DNA of 32,000 nt, from NCBI RefSeq assembly GCF_001618075.1, contig NZ_LAEJ01000024.1. One strand, written 5' to 3'. Within the stretch, counting starts at the first letter, position 1, and every line of letters begins with the position of its first letter. A program made the translations under genes and the position numbers. This stretch comes from Neisseria flavescens. Lineage in GTDB: Bacteria > Pseudomonadota > Gammaproteobacteria > Burkholderiales > Neisseriaceae. Below are positions 1-10,160 of this stretch, piece after piece. The notes under the pieces were generated by a model. The model searched no databases and had not been told where the DNA came from. It saw only the letters and a list, made by a program, of their open reading frames with translations.

Positions 1-569
1 GCGATATCCGCCAAGTACCACCCATGTTTTCCGCCCTCAAGCACGAAGGAAAACCGCTGTACGAATACGCACGCAAAGGTATCGTTATCGAACGCAAAGC
101 GCGCGACATCACCATTTACTCCATTGATATTACTGAGTTTAATACACCCAAAGCCGTGATAGACGTACGCTGCAGCAAGGGTACTTATATCCGCACTCTC
201 AGTGAAGATATCGCCAAACACATCGGCACATTTGCCCACCTGACCGCCCTGCGCCGTACTGAAACTGCCGGATTTACCATTGCCCAAAGCCACACGCTCG
301 AAGCCTTGGCAGAATTGGACGAAGCCGAACGCGATGCCCTGCTGCTGTCTTGCGATGTTTTGGTGCAACATTTCCCCAAACTTGAGTTAAACGACTACGC
401 CGTTACTATGCTCAAACATGGCCAACGTCCCCAGTTCACCGAAGACATTTCCGCCAAACAGCCCATTCGCGTATACAGCCAAGACGGCACATTTATCGGA
501 CTGGTGGAATATCAAAAAGAAATAGGCCGTCTGAAAGCCTTGCGCCTGATGAATACCGCCGACAAATAA
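1..569 (+). CDS. truB: tRNA pseudouridine(55) synthase TruB, C-terminal part (5' end lies outside the window)
   Basis: The frame is open from the window edge (codons from nt 3). The segment ..QVPPMFSALKHEGKPLYEYARKG.. matches the conserved TruB core (E. coli [21 protein letters not shown]), followed by a PUA-like C-terminus. Confidence 0.9.
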   Translation, partial: DIRQVPPMFSALKHEGKPLYEYARKGIVIERKARDITIYSIDITEFNTPKAVIDVRCSKGTYIRTLSEDIAKHIGTFAHLTALRRTETAGFTIAQSHTLEALAELDEAERDALLLSCDVLVQHFPKLELNDYAVTMLKHGQRPQFTEDISAKQPIRVYSQDGTFIGLVEYQKEIGRLKALRLMNTADK

Positions 570-591
570 CTTCCTGCAAAGAGAGCCGATC

Positions 592-1218
592 ATGAAAGTC
601 TATACCGCCGCCCAAATGCGTGAACGCGAACAAGCAGCCGTCGATAAAGGCACGAGCTTCGACCAACTGATGGAAAACGCCGGCAGCTCTGCCTCCCGAG
701 ACCTCATGCAGCGTCACCCTCAAGCCGGACGCGCCCTGATCGTTTGCGGCAAAGGCAACAACGGTGGCGACGGCTTAGTCATGGCAAGATATATGCAGGC
801 GCAAGGTTGGCACATCGATATTCTGTTTTCACTCGGAGAAAACCTCTCCCCCTTGGCTCAAACCAATCGGGAACGCCTCAACGGTTTGCCCCATATTGAA
901 TTGATATCCGTACAAGAACTGGCAGGCCGTCTGAAAAAAGGTTACGACATCATTATCGAAGGCATATTCGGCACAGGCTTCAGCGGCGCGCTTCCTGCAG
1001 AAATCGCCGCACTCTGCCGCCAACTCAATCATGCAGATGGCCTGAAAGTCTCCCTCGATATTCCCACCGGCCTCAACTGCGACACCGCCGAAGCCGATCA
1101 CGATACATTCCGTGCAGACCTGACCTACACTTTTGCCGCCTATAAACCGGCACACTTAAGCAAGTCCGGTAAAACCTATTGTCAAGAAACCGTCTGTTTG
1201 CCTATTGGTATTGATTAA
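592..1218 (+). CDS. nnrE: NAD(P)H-hydrate epimerase (stand-alone YjeF N-terminal domain)
   Basis: 208 aa with the YjeF_N signature CGKGNNGGDGLV. No C-terminal dehydratase domain follows. The gene lies 22 nt after the truB stop. Confidence 0.8.
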   Translation: MKVYTAAQMREREQAAVDKGTSFDQLMENAGSSASRDLMQRHPQAGRALIVCGKGNNGGDGLVMARYMQAQGWHIDILFSLGENLSPLAQTNRERLNGLPHIELISVQELAGRLKKGYDIIIEGIFGTGFSGALPAEIAALCRQLNHADGLKVSLDIPTGLNCDTAEADHDTFRADLTYTFAAYKPAHLSKSGKTYCQETVCLPIGID

Positions 1219-1226
1219 ATACCTAT

Positions 1227-1266
1227 AAAAAATAACAGGGTGCAATTTTGCACCCTGTTATTTTTG
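1227..1266. terminator. Bidirectional intrinsic terminator between convergent nnrE and crcB
   Basis: Perfect 12-bp stem aacagggtgcaa / ttgcaccctgtt (1234-1245 / 1248-1259), flanked by an A-run on the left and a T-run on the right. Confidence 0.8.
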
Positions 1267-1267
1267 C

Positions 1268-1627
1268 TTACTTCCAAATCTGCGCCAATTTAATCCCCAG
1301 CGCCGTCAAACCAAACGAACCGAAAACATGCAGACAGGTTGCCATCAAAGCCATGCCCCAACGTTGCGCCTGCATCAAACCCACCATCTCCACTGAAAAA
1401 CCTGAAAATGTGGTCAAGCTGCCGAGAAAGCCGGTAATCCAAAGCAAACGCCATTGCGGATCGGTTAAGAGTTCCGCCAATACACCGATCAGCAGCGCGC
1501 CCAGCCAGTTTGCAGCCAATGTACCGATAGAAAAAGGCGCAGAAGACACCAGCACCAAGCCAAACAGCCACCGCAATACAGCTCCGACAGCGGCACCGAA
1601 AACAATGGGAAAAATATAAGCAAACAT
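1268..1627 (-). CDS. crcB: Fluoride ion channel CrcB/FluC
   Basis: 119 aa with four hydrophobic segments. Contains the CrcB motifs GAVLRW, GTLAANWLGALLIG and GFLGSLTTFSGFS. Confidence 0.9.
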   Translation of the reverse strand: MFAYIFPIVFGAAVGAVLRWLFGLVLVSSAPFSIGTLAANWLGALLIGVLAELLTDPQWRLLWITGFLGSLTTFSGFSVEMVGLMQAQRWGMALMATCLHVFGSFGLTALGIKLAQIWK

Positions 1628-1708
1628 AACAAGTTAAACATTCAATTCAAAAAACAGGCTATCCGGTCATTAGGCCGTCTGAAAACCAAGCAAAGATGCC
1701 TTCATATT

Positions 1709-2389
1709 TTATTTCCAAATTTTAGGAGCGGATTTCAAATACCTGTCATCATCGAAAGTACAAATCCATTGCGGCTTAAGCGCAATAAAAATAGCTGTTG
1801 AAATACCGCTCAAAAATGCCTCCGCCCAAGCGATTAAGAAGAAAACAGGAAAAGCGGTTTTCCATAATACCGTCGTATCAAATACATCCGCCCAGTCCAA
1901 CAAACCGACCAAAATTACGCCGGTAAACACCATACCGACCGCCGCAGCCCAAAAACCATTCAAAAAAATAAAGATAAAGATATTGGCAGGCAACCGCGAC
2001 ACCCAATGGCGGAAACCCAAGTTCACCAACAAAGGCGGAAGCAATACGGACAAGGCGTTGATGGGGAACATATGCCAATCGCCCCAAAGCCACAAATACG
2101 GAAAAAATAGTAAAACGCCAAGGCAGAAAGCAGCAGAGGTGCCCAGCATTAAAGCCGTCAGGTTCAAAGCGAGCAAATGATAGCTCATACCGGCCAGTTG
2201 TCCGCTTTCGGGAGAGGCATTCAAACTCCAAGCCAGCGGCAACATCACGGCAGCCACCAAGAATGCGGAACGATGCTGCGATACCGACACCCATGCCTGC
2301 TTTGCACACAAAGCAAAAATCACCAGCAACACAGGCCATGCCGCCATCACAACACCAACGGGAAACCATCCGTTTTGAAAAATCATCAT
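1709..2389 (-). CDS. Polytopic inner-membrane protein of unknown function (about 6-7 TM segments)
   Basis: 226-aa ORF that is strongly hydrophobic throughout, upstream of and co-directional with crcB. I recognised no diagnostic catalytic motif. Confidence 0.65.
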   Translation of the reverse strand: MMIFQNGWFPVGVVMAAWPVLLVIFALCAKQAWVSVSQHRSAFLVAAVMLPLAWSLNASPESGQLAGMSYHLLALNLTALMLGTSAAFCLGVLLFFPYLWLWGDWHMFPINALSVLLPPLLVNLGFRHWVSRLPANIFIFIFLNGFWAAAVGMVFTGVILVGLLDWADVFDTTVLWKTAFPVFFLIAWAEAFLSGISTAIFIALKPQWICTFDDDRYLKSAPKIWK

Positions 2390-2550
2390 CTCATCCGCAA
2401 AATGTTCAGACGGCCTATTATACGCGTCTCAAGCCATAGCTTTGACAATCCTGTCTGCCTTTGCCGTTAAAGCTTGTTTCGGCTGGTTTTGTTTACCCGA
2501 AAAAAGCGTTAGAATAACGGACTTTGCCGTTTAATTAAGGGGATGGACGC

Positions 2551-5500
2551 ATGCTTTGGACAATATTGGCTTTAATTCTGCTGGCTGTCATAGCCGGCTT
2601 GTTCTGGTGGCGCCAGAAACAAGAGCAAAAGTGGCGCCAAGAATTGGCCCGACTCAGTGGCAACGAACAAGAAATAAACGAAGAAAACAGCCCGGTCGGC
2701 TTTTCCGGCCAACTGGACAGCCTGAAACGTTTGTTCAGCATGAACAAGCGCATCGCTGACAACCATAAAATCGCCCGTATCCGCCTGCTTTCCGCGCTCG
2801 AACACAATAGAATGCAACGTGCCGAAACAAATGAAGAGCACGCAGCAGAGCCGTTTACCGAAGAGCTTGAACACATCGCAACGGCCGAAGAAGAAGAAAT
2901 CAAAGTTGCGCCTAAAACCCGCAAATCTGCCAAACCGGAACGTATTCCTAAAATCACGCCGTTTGCACAAATGGAAACGCCCGAATACAGCCCGTCTTTG
3001 GTGCAAAACAGCAATTTTGAAGAAATCACATTAGAAGAAGCCACCCGTTCCCTGCATGAAGCTGCGGTTGAAGAATGGAACGAGCATTTGGCCGAAAAAA
3101 ATGCACCGATTTACAAAGACGAAGTCGAAACCCCATTGCTGCGCGCTTCATCCCTGCCGATGACAGGCATGGAAATCATCGACTACAACGACCCTATCTT
3201 ACGCCGCACACGCGAACGTGCCTTGGCGCGTGCCAATAATGTCCGCGTGGCAGAAGCCCATGCGCCGCATATCGAAACCGTTCAGACGGCCTTAAGAACT
3301 GCCGAAAAAGAAGCCATCCTCCCCTATACTTCCATGCAGGCATTCCCTTCTGAAATCCAAGCAGAAGATATTCACGACAACCTTGCCCGCCGCACCGCCG
3401 CCCGCCACAAACTGGCCGAGGCCGTCGCCCCATTGCGCGACTACTCTCCGCGCACCATCGAAAATGACGAAATTCTGGCCAACTTGGGACAAATCAGCCG
3501 CCCTGCCAGCCTGCGCCGTCAAGTTCGCCATACCGAAGCGGCCGCCGAAAGATGGGCGCGTAAACAAGCTGCCACGGAAGCTGTTGCACCACAACCGGCA
3601 ACACCGTCCCGTCCGAAACCGGCTGCGCCTGTTAAAAAATCTCCTTATATCTCCCGACCTGCCGCGCCAAACGCAACCGTAGTTGAGCCGCCTGCCGTAC
3701 CGGTTGTCCCTATGGCGAAAACCGATATTCCCGAGCCACCCGTTTTCCAAACCTCGATTGCACCGATTGATATCCCCGAGCCGCCTACTTTTGAACATAA
3801 AATCCAAGTGCCGATTTTTGATGCACAAGTCAATGCGCATGTCAGCAACCAACCTGAACGCAGTATCCGCGATTATTTAATCAGCGAATCTGCCGTCGAA
3901 GAAACAGAATTCGATGGTGAGCCGGAAGCGCCTGTACAAGCGGAAGCAGAAGCTATTCAAGCGGTTGAAACCGTTGAATCTGTTGAAACAATCGCAAGGC
4001 CGTCTGAATATACACAGACAGTCGTTGAAACGCCTGTTCAAACCGTAGAACCAAGCATTCAAGAGAGTACGCCAAGTGTAGCTATTCCAACTTCGGCAAC
4101 ACTTACCGAGGCACACCTGCCGACTACCGCCCTGCTTCTGCCGCCGCAGTTTGATCCAAACGCATCGCAAACTGAGGAACAGTTGCTGGAAAACAGCATT
4201 ACCATCGAAGAAAAACTGGCCGAGTTCAAAGTTAAAGTCAAAGTGATGGACTCCTATTCCGGCCCGGTCATTACGCGCTACGAGATTGAGCCTGATGTCG
4301 GCGTGCGCGGCAGTGCCGTTTTGAACCTTGAAAAAGACTTGGCGCGCTCGCTTGGCGTGGCTTCCATCCGCGTGGTGGAAACCATCCCCGGCAAAACCTG
4401 CATGGGCTTGGAATTGCCTAATCCGAAACGCCAAATGATCCGCCTGAGCGAAATCTTCAATTCGCCTGCGTTTACCGAATCAAAATCCAAACTGACCCTT
4501 GCGCTCGGACAAGACATCACCGGCCAGCCTGTTGTTACCGACTTGGCCAAAGCGCCGCATCTGCTGGTTGCCGGTACGACAGGTTCGGGTAAATCCGTAG
4601 GCGTGAACGCCATGATTCTGTCCATGCTCTTCAAAGCAACGCCTGAAGACGTGCGCATGATTATGATTGACCCGAAAATGCTGGAGTTGAGCATTTACGA
4701 AGGCATTCCGCACCTGCTCGCCCCCGTCGTGACCGATATGAAGCTGGCTGCAAACGCCCTGAACTGGTGCGTCAACGAAATGGAAAAACGCTATCGCCTG
4801 ATGAGCTTTATGGGTGTGCGCAACCTTGCCGGTTTTAACCAAAAAATTGCCGAAGCCGCCGCTCGTGGCGAAAAAATCGGCAGCCCGTTCAGCCTCACGC
4901 CTGAAAACCCTGAGCCATTAGAGAAACTGCCGTTTATTGTGGTCGTGGTAGATGAGTTTGCCGATCTGATGATGACTGCAGGCAAAAAAATTGAAGAACT
5001 GATTGCCCGTCTTGCCCAAAAAGCGCGTGCAGCCGGCATCCATTTGATTCTTGCCACCCAACGCCCAAGCGTGGATGTCATTACCGGCCTGATTAAAGCC
5101 AATATTCCGACACGCATCGCTTTCCAAGTGTCCAGCAAAATCGACAGCCGCACGATTCTTGACCAAATGGGTGCAGAAAATCTGCTCGGCCAAGGCGATA
5201 TGCTGTTCCTGCCGCCCGGCATCGTCTATCCGCAACGCGTACACGGCGCATTCGCATCAGACAACGAAGTACACCGCGTAGTGGAATACTTGAAACAATT
5301 CAGCGCGCCTGACTATATCGACGATATTTTAAGCAGCGGTTCGACCGAGGACTTTACCGGCACCAACCGCAGCAACGACAGCGACCTCGACCCCATGTAT
5401 GACGAAGCCGTTTCCGTTGTCTTAAAATCGCGTAAAGCCAGCATTTCCAATATCCAACGCCAACTGCGCATCGGCTACAACCGCGCCGCCCGCCTGATTG

Positions 5501-5589
5501 ACCAAATGGAAGCCGACGGTATTGTTTCTCCAGCCGAAAACAACGGCAACCGCACTATCTTAGCGCAAAGCAGCGACCATCTGGATTAA
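2551..5589 (+). CDS. ftsK: DNA translocase FtsK
   Basis: 1012 aa. It has one N-terminal TM helix and a long Pro/Ala/Glu-rich linker. The C-terminal motor carries Walker A ([10 protein letters not shown]), Walker B ([12 protein letters not shown]) and a gamma winged-helix ([24 protein letters not shown]). An AAGGGGA RBS precedes the ATG. Confidence 0.95.
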   Translation: MLWTILALILLAVIAGLFWWRQKQEQKWRQELARLSGNEQEINEENSPVGFSGQLDSLKRLFSMNKRIADNHKIARIRLLSALEHNRMQRAETNEEHAAEPFTEELEHIATAEEEEIKVAPKTRKSAKPERIPKITPFAQMETPEYSPSLVQNSNFEEITLEEATRSLHEAAVEEWNEHLAEKNAPIYKDEVETPLLRASSLPMTGMEIIDYNDPILRRTRERALARANNVRVAEAHAPHIETVQTALRTAEKEAILPYTSMQAFPSEIQAEDIHDNLARRTAARHKLAEAVAPLRDYSPRTIENDEILANLGQISRPASLRRQVRHTEAAAERWARKQAATEAVAPQPATPSRPKPAAPVKKSPYISRPAAPNATVVEPPAVPVVPMAKTDIPEPPVFQTSIAPIDIPEPPTFEHKIQVPIFDAQVNAHVSNQPERSIRDYLISESAVEETEFDGEPEAPVQAEAEAIQAVETVESVETIARPSEYTQTVVETPVQTVEPSIQESTPSVAIPTSATLTEAHLPTTALLLPPQFDPNASQTEEQLLENSITIEEKLAEFKVKVKVMDSYSGPVITRYEIEPDVGVRGSAVLNLEKDLARSLGVASIRVVETIPGKTCMGLELPNPKRQMIRLSEIFNSPAFTESKSKLTLALGQDITGQPVVTDLAKAPHLLVAGTTGSGKSVGVNAMILSMLFKATPEDVRMIMIDPKMLELSIYEGIPHLLAPVVTDMKLAANALNWCVNEMEKRYRLMSFMGVRNLAGFNQKIAEAAARGEKIGSPFSLTPENPEPLEKLPFIVVVVDEFADLMMTAGKKIEELIARLAQKARAAGIHLILATQRPSVDVITGLIKANIPTRIAFQVSSKIDSRTILDQMGAENLLGQGDMLFLPPGIVYPQRVHGAFASDNEVHRVVEYLKQFSAPDYIDDILSSGSTEDFTGTNRSNDSDLDPMYDEAVSVVLKSRKASISNIQRQLRIGYNRAARLIDQMEADGIVSPAENNGNRTILAQSSDHLD

Positions 5590-5609
5590 TTTATCCTTGT
5601 TTAAAATTG

Positions 5610-5642
5610 AGGCCGTCTGAAAACTTTTCAGACGGCCTTTTT
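5610..5642. terminator. Inverted-DUS hairpin terminator after ftsK
   Basis: aggccgtctgaaaa / ttttcagacggcct forms a 14-bp stem followed by a T-run. Confidence 0.85.
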
Positions 5643-5776
5643 AAATCAGATAATGGGTTCAAAGATTCCAATCAAATTAATAATCTGTAAATAATATTAT
5701 CTACAAAACCAAAGGCTTTTGCATTAACGGCATTTGCTTCTTTATTAAATAAACCCAGTCTCAATAAACAAAATCT

Positions 5777-5793
5777 GAGACCTTTGCAAAATT
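5777..5793. repeat. Left terminal inverted repeat of the IS1106-like element
   Basis: gagacctttgcaaaatt is the exact reverse complement of 6979-6995. Confidence 0.85.
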
Positions 5794-5839
5794 CCCCAAA
5801 ATCCCCTAAATTCCCACCAAGACATTTAGGGGATTTCTC

Positions 5840-6847
5840 ATGAGTACCTTCTTCCGGCAAACCGCCCAAGCCATGATCGCCAAACACATCGACTGCTTCC
5901 CACTATTGAAGTTGGATCAAGTGATTGATTGGCAGCCGATCGAACAGTACCTGAACCGTCAAAGAATCCGTTACCTTCGAGACCACCGCGGTCGTCCCGC
6001 CTATCCACTGCTATCCATGTTCAAAGCCGTCCTGCTCGGACAATGGCACAGCCTCTCCGATCCCGAACTCGAACACAGCCTCATCACCCGCATCGATTTC
6101 AACCTGTTTTGCCGTTTCGACGAGTTGAGCATCCCCGATTACAGCACCTTATGCCGCTACCGCAACTGGCTGGCGCAAGACAACACCCTGTCCGAACTGC
6201 TGGAACTGATTAACCGCCAACTGACTGAAAAAGGCCTAAAAGTAGAGAAAGCATCCGCCGCCGTCGTTGACGCCACCATTATTCAGACCGCCGGCAGCAA
6301 ACAGCGCCAGGCCATAGAAGTCGATGAAGAAGGACAAGTCAGCGGCCAAACCACACCGAGTAAAGATAAAGATGCCCGCTGGATAAAGAAAAACGGCCTC
6401 TACAAACTCGGCTACAAACAACATACCCGTACCGATGAGGAAGGCTATATCGAGAAACTGCACATCACTCCCGCCAATACCCATGAGTGCAAACACCTGT
6501 CGCCTTTGTTGGAGGGCATTGCCGAAGATATGACCGTTTATGCCGACAAAGGCTATGACAGTGAGGAAAACCGGCAACATCTGGAAGAGCATCGGCTGCA
6601 GGACGGCATTATGCACAAAGCCCACCGCAACCGTCCGCTGTCGGAAGCGCAAACCAAACGCAACCGATATTTGTCGAAGACCCGTTATGTGGTCGAATAA
6701 AGCTTCGGTACGCTGCACCGTAAATTCCGCTATGCCCGGGCAGCCTATTTCGGGCTGATTAAAGTGAGTGCGCAAAGCCATCTAAAGGCAATGTGTTTAA
6801 ACCTGTTGAAAGCCGCCAACAGGCTAAGTGTGCCTGTTGCTGCCTAA
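5840..6847 (+). pseudogene. IS5-family (IS1106-like) transposase interrupted by an in-frame TAA at 6698-6700
   Basis: The 286-aa ORF ends ..RYVVE*. The same frame continues directly with SFGTLHRKFRYARAAYFGLIKVSAQSHLKAMCLNLLKAANRLSVPVAA*, the conserved C-terminus of this transposase family. The intact frame would be 335 aa. Confidence 0.8.
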
Positions 6848-6978
6848 AAGGCGGCCCGGATGCCTGATTATCAGGTATCCAAGGGGGATTAGGGGGGGGA
6901 TTTGGGTAGAATCAGTGGATATTTGAAACAAAAACAGCCAAAAATCTTTGTTTAGGTTTCGGCCGTCGGGGGAAAAGA

Positions 6979-6995
6979 AATTTTGCAAAGGTCTC
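6979..6995. repeat. Right terminal inverted repeat of the IS1106-like element
   Basis: aattttgcaaaggtctc is the exact reverse complement of 5777-5793. Confidence 0.85.
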
Positions 6996-7028
6996 GGACA
7001 GGCTGTTTTTCAATAATGACGCATACCG

Positions 7029-7526
7029 TCACACATCATAAGTACCGACCACACATGCCGAATCCAACACATGACCCTGCATGGCAAAATGCAACTCATT
7101 AAAGCGGAAACCGCGCGGTAAATCCAAAACGGTATCCAGTGCGTACACAATCAGCTCGTAACGATGACGGTTGTTCGGTGGTGCCATACCGCCGTAAAAC
7201 GAGGCCTCTTCGATTTCAAATTTACCCAACGCGCTCGCCCAAGTGTTCGCACCCTGCGTAAAATCTGTTGCAGAAATACTTTCATTTTCTGCCACGGAAG
7301 TACGTTTCAAATCCGAAATCAACCAATGCGTCCATACGAAACCCGATGCTGAAATGGCATCTTTGTCTTCCAACACCACGGCAAACGATTTTGTTCCTTC
7401 AGGTGCATCTTCAATCTCAAAAGGAATCGAATAAGAAGGCATACCGCTCGGGCTGAACTGGCTGCCGCGCTTGCCGTATTTGTCTTCAAATTCGCCGTTG
7501 ACAATAGCTTTACTGCTGACTTTCAT
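7029..7526 (-). CDS. YbhB/YbcL-family phosphatidylethanolamine-binding (Raf kinase inhibitor-like) protein
   Basis: The body contains FVWTHWLISD and GGMAPPNNRHRYELIVYALD, typical of bacterial PEBP proteins. I place the start at the internal ATG at 7526 (MKVSS..), which is preceded by a GGGAGA RBS, rather than at the track start 7616. Confidence 0.8.
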   Translation of the reverse strand: MKVSSKAIVNGEFEDKYGKRGSQFSPSGMPSYSIPFEIEDAPEGTKSFAVVLEDKDAISASGFVWTHWLISDLKRTSVAENESISATDFTQGANTWASALGKFEIEEASFYGGMAPPNNRHRYELIVYALDTVLDLPRGFRFNELHFAMQGHVLDSACVVGTYDV

Positions 7527-7712
7527 CTTATATCTCCCAATAGTAGGTTTGTTCATTCTAACAAACCCCAAGGCCGTCTGAAAGATACTGCCGTTTTCAC
7601 TTTCCCGATGTCGCATTTTCAGACGGCCTCAAGCAATATTCACAATTCGATCAAACACATTTGACATTCCATAGTATAATCCGCCGCATGAAAACTACAC
7701 AGGATACGCATT

Positions 7713-8552
7713 ATGGATTGGAAAGGTCGTGAACAAAGCCAAAACGTCGAAGATCGCCGCGGAAGCCGTGGCGGCGGTGGCGGCAAAACGTCGGGCATAC
7801 TCGGCATTATCGTGGTTTTGGTCGGCGCATATTACGGCGTGGATTTGAGCGGTTTGGTTGGCGGCTCATCTTCGATGGGCATTCCTACCCAGCAAGCTTC
7901 CCGACTCGACAGCCAACAAGAAGCCGAATTAAACGAACTGTCCCGCGTTATCCTTGCCGATACCGAAAAAGCATGGAGTAAATATTTCCAGCAACACGGC
8001 CAACGCTATACACCGGCAACCATGGTGTTGTATGAAGGCGGCACATCCACCGCCTGCGGTACGGGCCAATCTGCCATGGGCCCGTTTTACTGCCCGGGCG
8101 ACCAAAAAGTTTATTTGGATTTGAGTTTCTACGAAGACATGCGCACCAAGCTCAAATCTGCCAGCGATGCCGCGTTTGCCTACGTTATTGCCCATGAAGT
8201 CGGCCATCACGTTCAAAACCTGCTCGGCATTCTGCCTAAAGTCCACAAAATGCAACAACAAGTCGGCAAAAAAGAGGCCAATGCCCTTTCCGTCAAACTC
8301 GAATTGCAGGCCGACTGTTTCGCCGGTATTTGGGGACACTACGCCGTCAACAACAATATCTTCAAAGCCGAAGACATTCAAAAAGCCATGCTGGCCGCTG
8401 AATCCGTCGGAGACGACCGCTTACAGAAACAGGCTCAGGGCTATGTCGTTCCCGACAGCTTTACCCATGGCTCGTCCGAAGAACGCATGACTTGGCTCAA
8501 ACGCGGTTTGGAAAGCGGCGACATCAACCAGTGCAACACTTTCAACAATTGA
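7713..8552 (+). CDS. ypfJ: YpfJ-family neutral zinc metallopeptidase
   Basis: N-terminus MDWKGREQSQNVEDRRG, a Gly-rich stretch plus one TM segment, and the HExxH motif (AHEVGHHVQ). Confidence 0.85.
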   Translation: MDWKGREQSQNVEDRRGSRGGGGGKTSGILGIIVVLVGAYYGVDLSGLVGGSSSMGIPTQQASRLDSQQEAELNELSRVILADTEKAWSKYFQQHGQRYTPATMVLYEGGTSTACGTGQSAMGPFYCPGDQKVYLDLSFYEDMRTKLKSASDAAFAYVIAHEVGHHVQNLLGILPKVHKMQQQVGKKEANALSVKLELQADCFAGIWGHYAVNNNIFKAEDIQKAMLAAESVGDDRLQKQAQGYVVPDSFTHGSSEERMTWLKRGLESGDINQCNTFNN

Positions 8553-8587
8553 TTCGTCCAAACAACACTGTTCTTTGATGTAACGAC

Positions 8588-8620
8588 AAAAGGCCGTCTG
8601 ATTTTTTCAGACGGCCTTTT
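8588..8620. terminator. DUS-derived hairpin terminator after ypfJ
   Basis: aaaaggccgtctga / tcagacggcctttt inverted repeat. The left copy is an imperfect DUS. Confidence 0.8.
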
Positions 8621-8673
8621 AGCCGTGTTAGAATAAGCCTCATTATTTCCCCTTAAATTTAAAGGAAATCCAC

Positions 8674-10056
8674 ATGGCAAATATCGCCCGCGACATTTTC
8701 AAAGCCTACGACATCCGAGGCATCGTCGGCAAAACCCTGACCGACGAAGCTGCCTACTTAATCGGCAAAGCTATTGCTACCAAAGCCTCCGAAAAAGGCA
8801 TTACCCGCATCGCACTCGGCCGCGACGGCCGTTTGAGTGGCCCCGGCCTGATGGCACAAATTCAACGCGGTTTCACAGACAGCGGTATCGACGTCCTCAA
8901 CGTCGGCATGGTTGCCACCCCTATACTCTACTTCGCAGCCATCAACGAATGCGGCGGCAGCGGCGTGATGATTACCGGCAGCCACAATCCGCCCGATTAC
9001 AACGGTTTCAAAATGATGCTGGGCGGCGATACGCTCGCAGGCGAAGCCATTCAAGAACTTTTAGCTATTGTTGAGAAAGACGGTTTTGTTGCTGCCGACA
9101 AACAAGGCAGCGTAACCGAAAAAGACATCTCCGGCGAATACCACAACAACATCGTTGGCCACATCAAGCTCAAACGCCCGATGAAAATCGCCATCGACGC
9201 GGGCAACGGTGTCGGCGGCGCATTTGCAGGCAAACTCTACAAAGGTTTGGGCAACGAAGTGACCGAACTTTTCTGCGAAGTGGACGGCAATTTCCCTCAT
9301 CACCACCCTGATCCTTCCAAACCGAAAAACCTGCAAGACCTCATCGTCGAACTCAAAAACAGCGATGCCGAAATCGGCTTGGCATTTGACGGCGATGCCG
9401 ACCGCTTGGGCGTGGTCACCAAAGACGGCAACATCATCTATCCAGACCGCCAACTGATGCTTTTCGCGCAAGATGTATTGAGCCGCAATCCTAAAGCCAA
9501 AGTGATTTTCGACGTCAAATCCACCCGTCTACTTGCGCCTTGGATTAAAGAACACGGCGGCGAACCTGTGATGGAAAAAACCGGCCACAGCTTCATCAAA
9601 TCCACCATGAAAAAAACCGGCGCACTGGTTGCCGGCGAAATGAGCGGACACATCTTCTTTAAAGAACGCTGGTTCGGCTTCGACGACGGTATGTATGCCG
9701 GCGCACGCCTCTTGGAAATCCTGTCTGCCTTCGACAATCCGTCCGAAGTATTGAACAAGTTGCCGCAAAGCATTTCCACTCCTGAACTCAACATCGACCT
9801 GCCCGAAGGCAGCAACGGCCACAAAGTGATTGAAGAGCTGGCTGCCAATGCCAAGTTTGAAGGTGCGACTGAAATCATCACCATCGACGGCTTGCGCGTT
9901 GAATTCCCCGACGGCTTCGGCCTGATGCGTGCTTCCAATACCACGCCGATTTTGGTGTTGCGTTTTGAAGCGGATACGCAAGAAGCGATTGAGCGTATTC
10001 AAAACCAATTCAAAGCAGTCATTGAAAGCAATCCTGCATTGAAATGGCCGCTGTAA
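8674..10056 (+). CDS. pgm: Phosphoglucomutase/phosphomannomutase
   Basis: 460 aa with the active-site Ser loop TGSHNPPDYNGFK, the metal-binding loop FDGDADRLG and the sugar-binding GEMSGH. Confidence 0.9.
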   Translation: MANIARDIFKAYDIRGIVGKTLTDEAAYLIGKAIATKASEKGITRIALGRDGRLSGPGLMAQIQRGFTDSGIDVLNVGMVATPILYFAAINECGGSGVMITGSHNPPDYNGFKMMLGGDTLAGEAIQELLAIVEKDGFVAADKQGSVTEKDISGEYHNNIVGHIKLKRPMKIAIDAGNGVGGAFAGKLYKGLGNEVTELFCEVDGNFPHHHPDPSKPKNLQDLIVELKNSDAEIGLAFDGDADRLGVVTKDGNIIYPDRQLMLFAQDVLSRNPKAKVIFDVKSTRLLAPWIKEHGGEPVMEKTGHSFIKSTMKKTGALVAGEMSGHIFFKERWFGFDDGMYAGARLLEILSAFDNPSEVLNKLPQSISTPELNIDLPEGSNGHKVIEELAANAKFEGATEIITIDGLRVEFPDGFGLMRASNTTPILVLRFEADTQEAIERIQNQFKAVIESNPALKWPL

Positions 10057-10073
10057 GGGTTTAGGCTAAAACA

Positions 10074-10107
10074 AAAGGCCGTCTGAAAATTATTTCAGAC
10101 GGCCTTT
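10074..10107. terminator. Bidirectional inverted-DUS terminator between convergent pgm and rpe
   Basis: aaaggccgtctgaaa / tttcagacggccttt forms a 15-bp stem. Confidence 0.85.
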
Positions 10108-10160
10108 AATATTAAACATTGATTATTTAAAATTTGGAAACCAAGAATATCCCGGCTTCG

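Larger units (their letters stand above)
5777..6995 (+). mobile_element. IS5-family insertion sequence (IS1106/IS1655-like), about 1.2 kb
   Basis: Perfect 17-bp terminal inverted repeats (gagacctttgcaaaatt at 5777-5793, reverse complement at 6979-6995) enclose a single DDE transposase frame. Confidence 0.85.

Noticed and set aside
592-1218. A stand-alone NnrE (YjeF_N) without the usual fused NnrD dehydratase domain, as a possible truncation.
   Set aside because: The ORF ends cleanly and is followed by a strong terminator, with no dehydratase-like sequence in any frame downstream. Split nnrE/nnrD arrangements are known, so this is probably normal.
1628-1708. Possible fluoride riboswitch upstream of crcB. 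The minus strand contains ..CCUAAUGACCGG.., reminiscent of the CUAAUGAC segment of the crcB motif.
   Set aside because: I could not find the paired GGCGAUGG..GCC helix or the pseudoknot partner. The region is dominated by a DUS, and crcB looks co-transcribed with the upstream membrane-protein gene. A covariance-model scan (Rfam crcB/fluoride) would settle it.
7661-7680. Perfect TTGACA (7661-7666) and perfect TATAAT (7675-7680) upstream of ypfJ.
   Set aside because: The two hexamers are only 8 nt apart, far from the 16-18 nt sigma-70 spacing. Only the -10 element is plausibly functional, and no good -35 lies at the correct distance.
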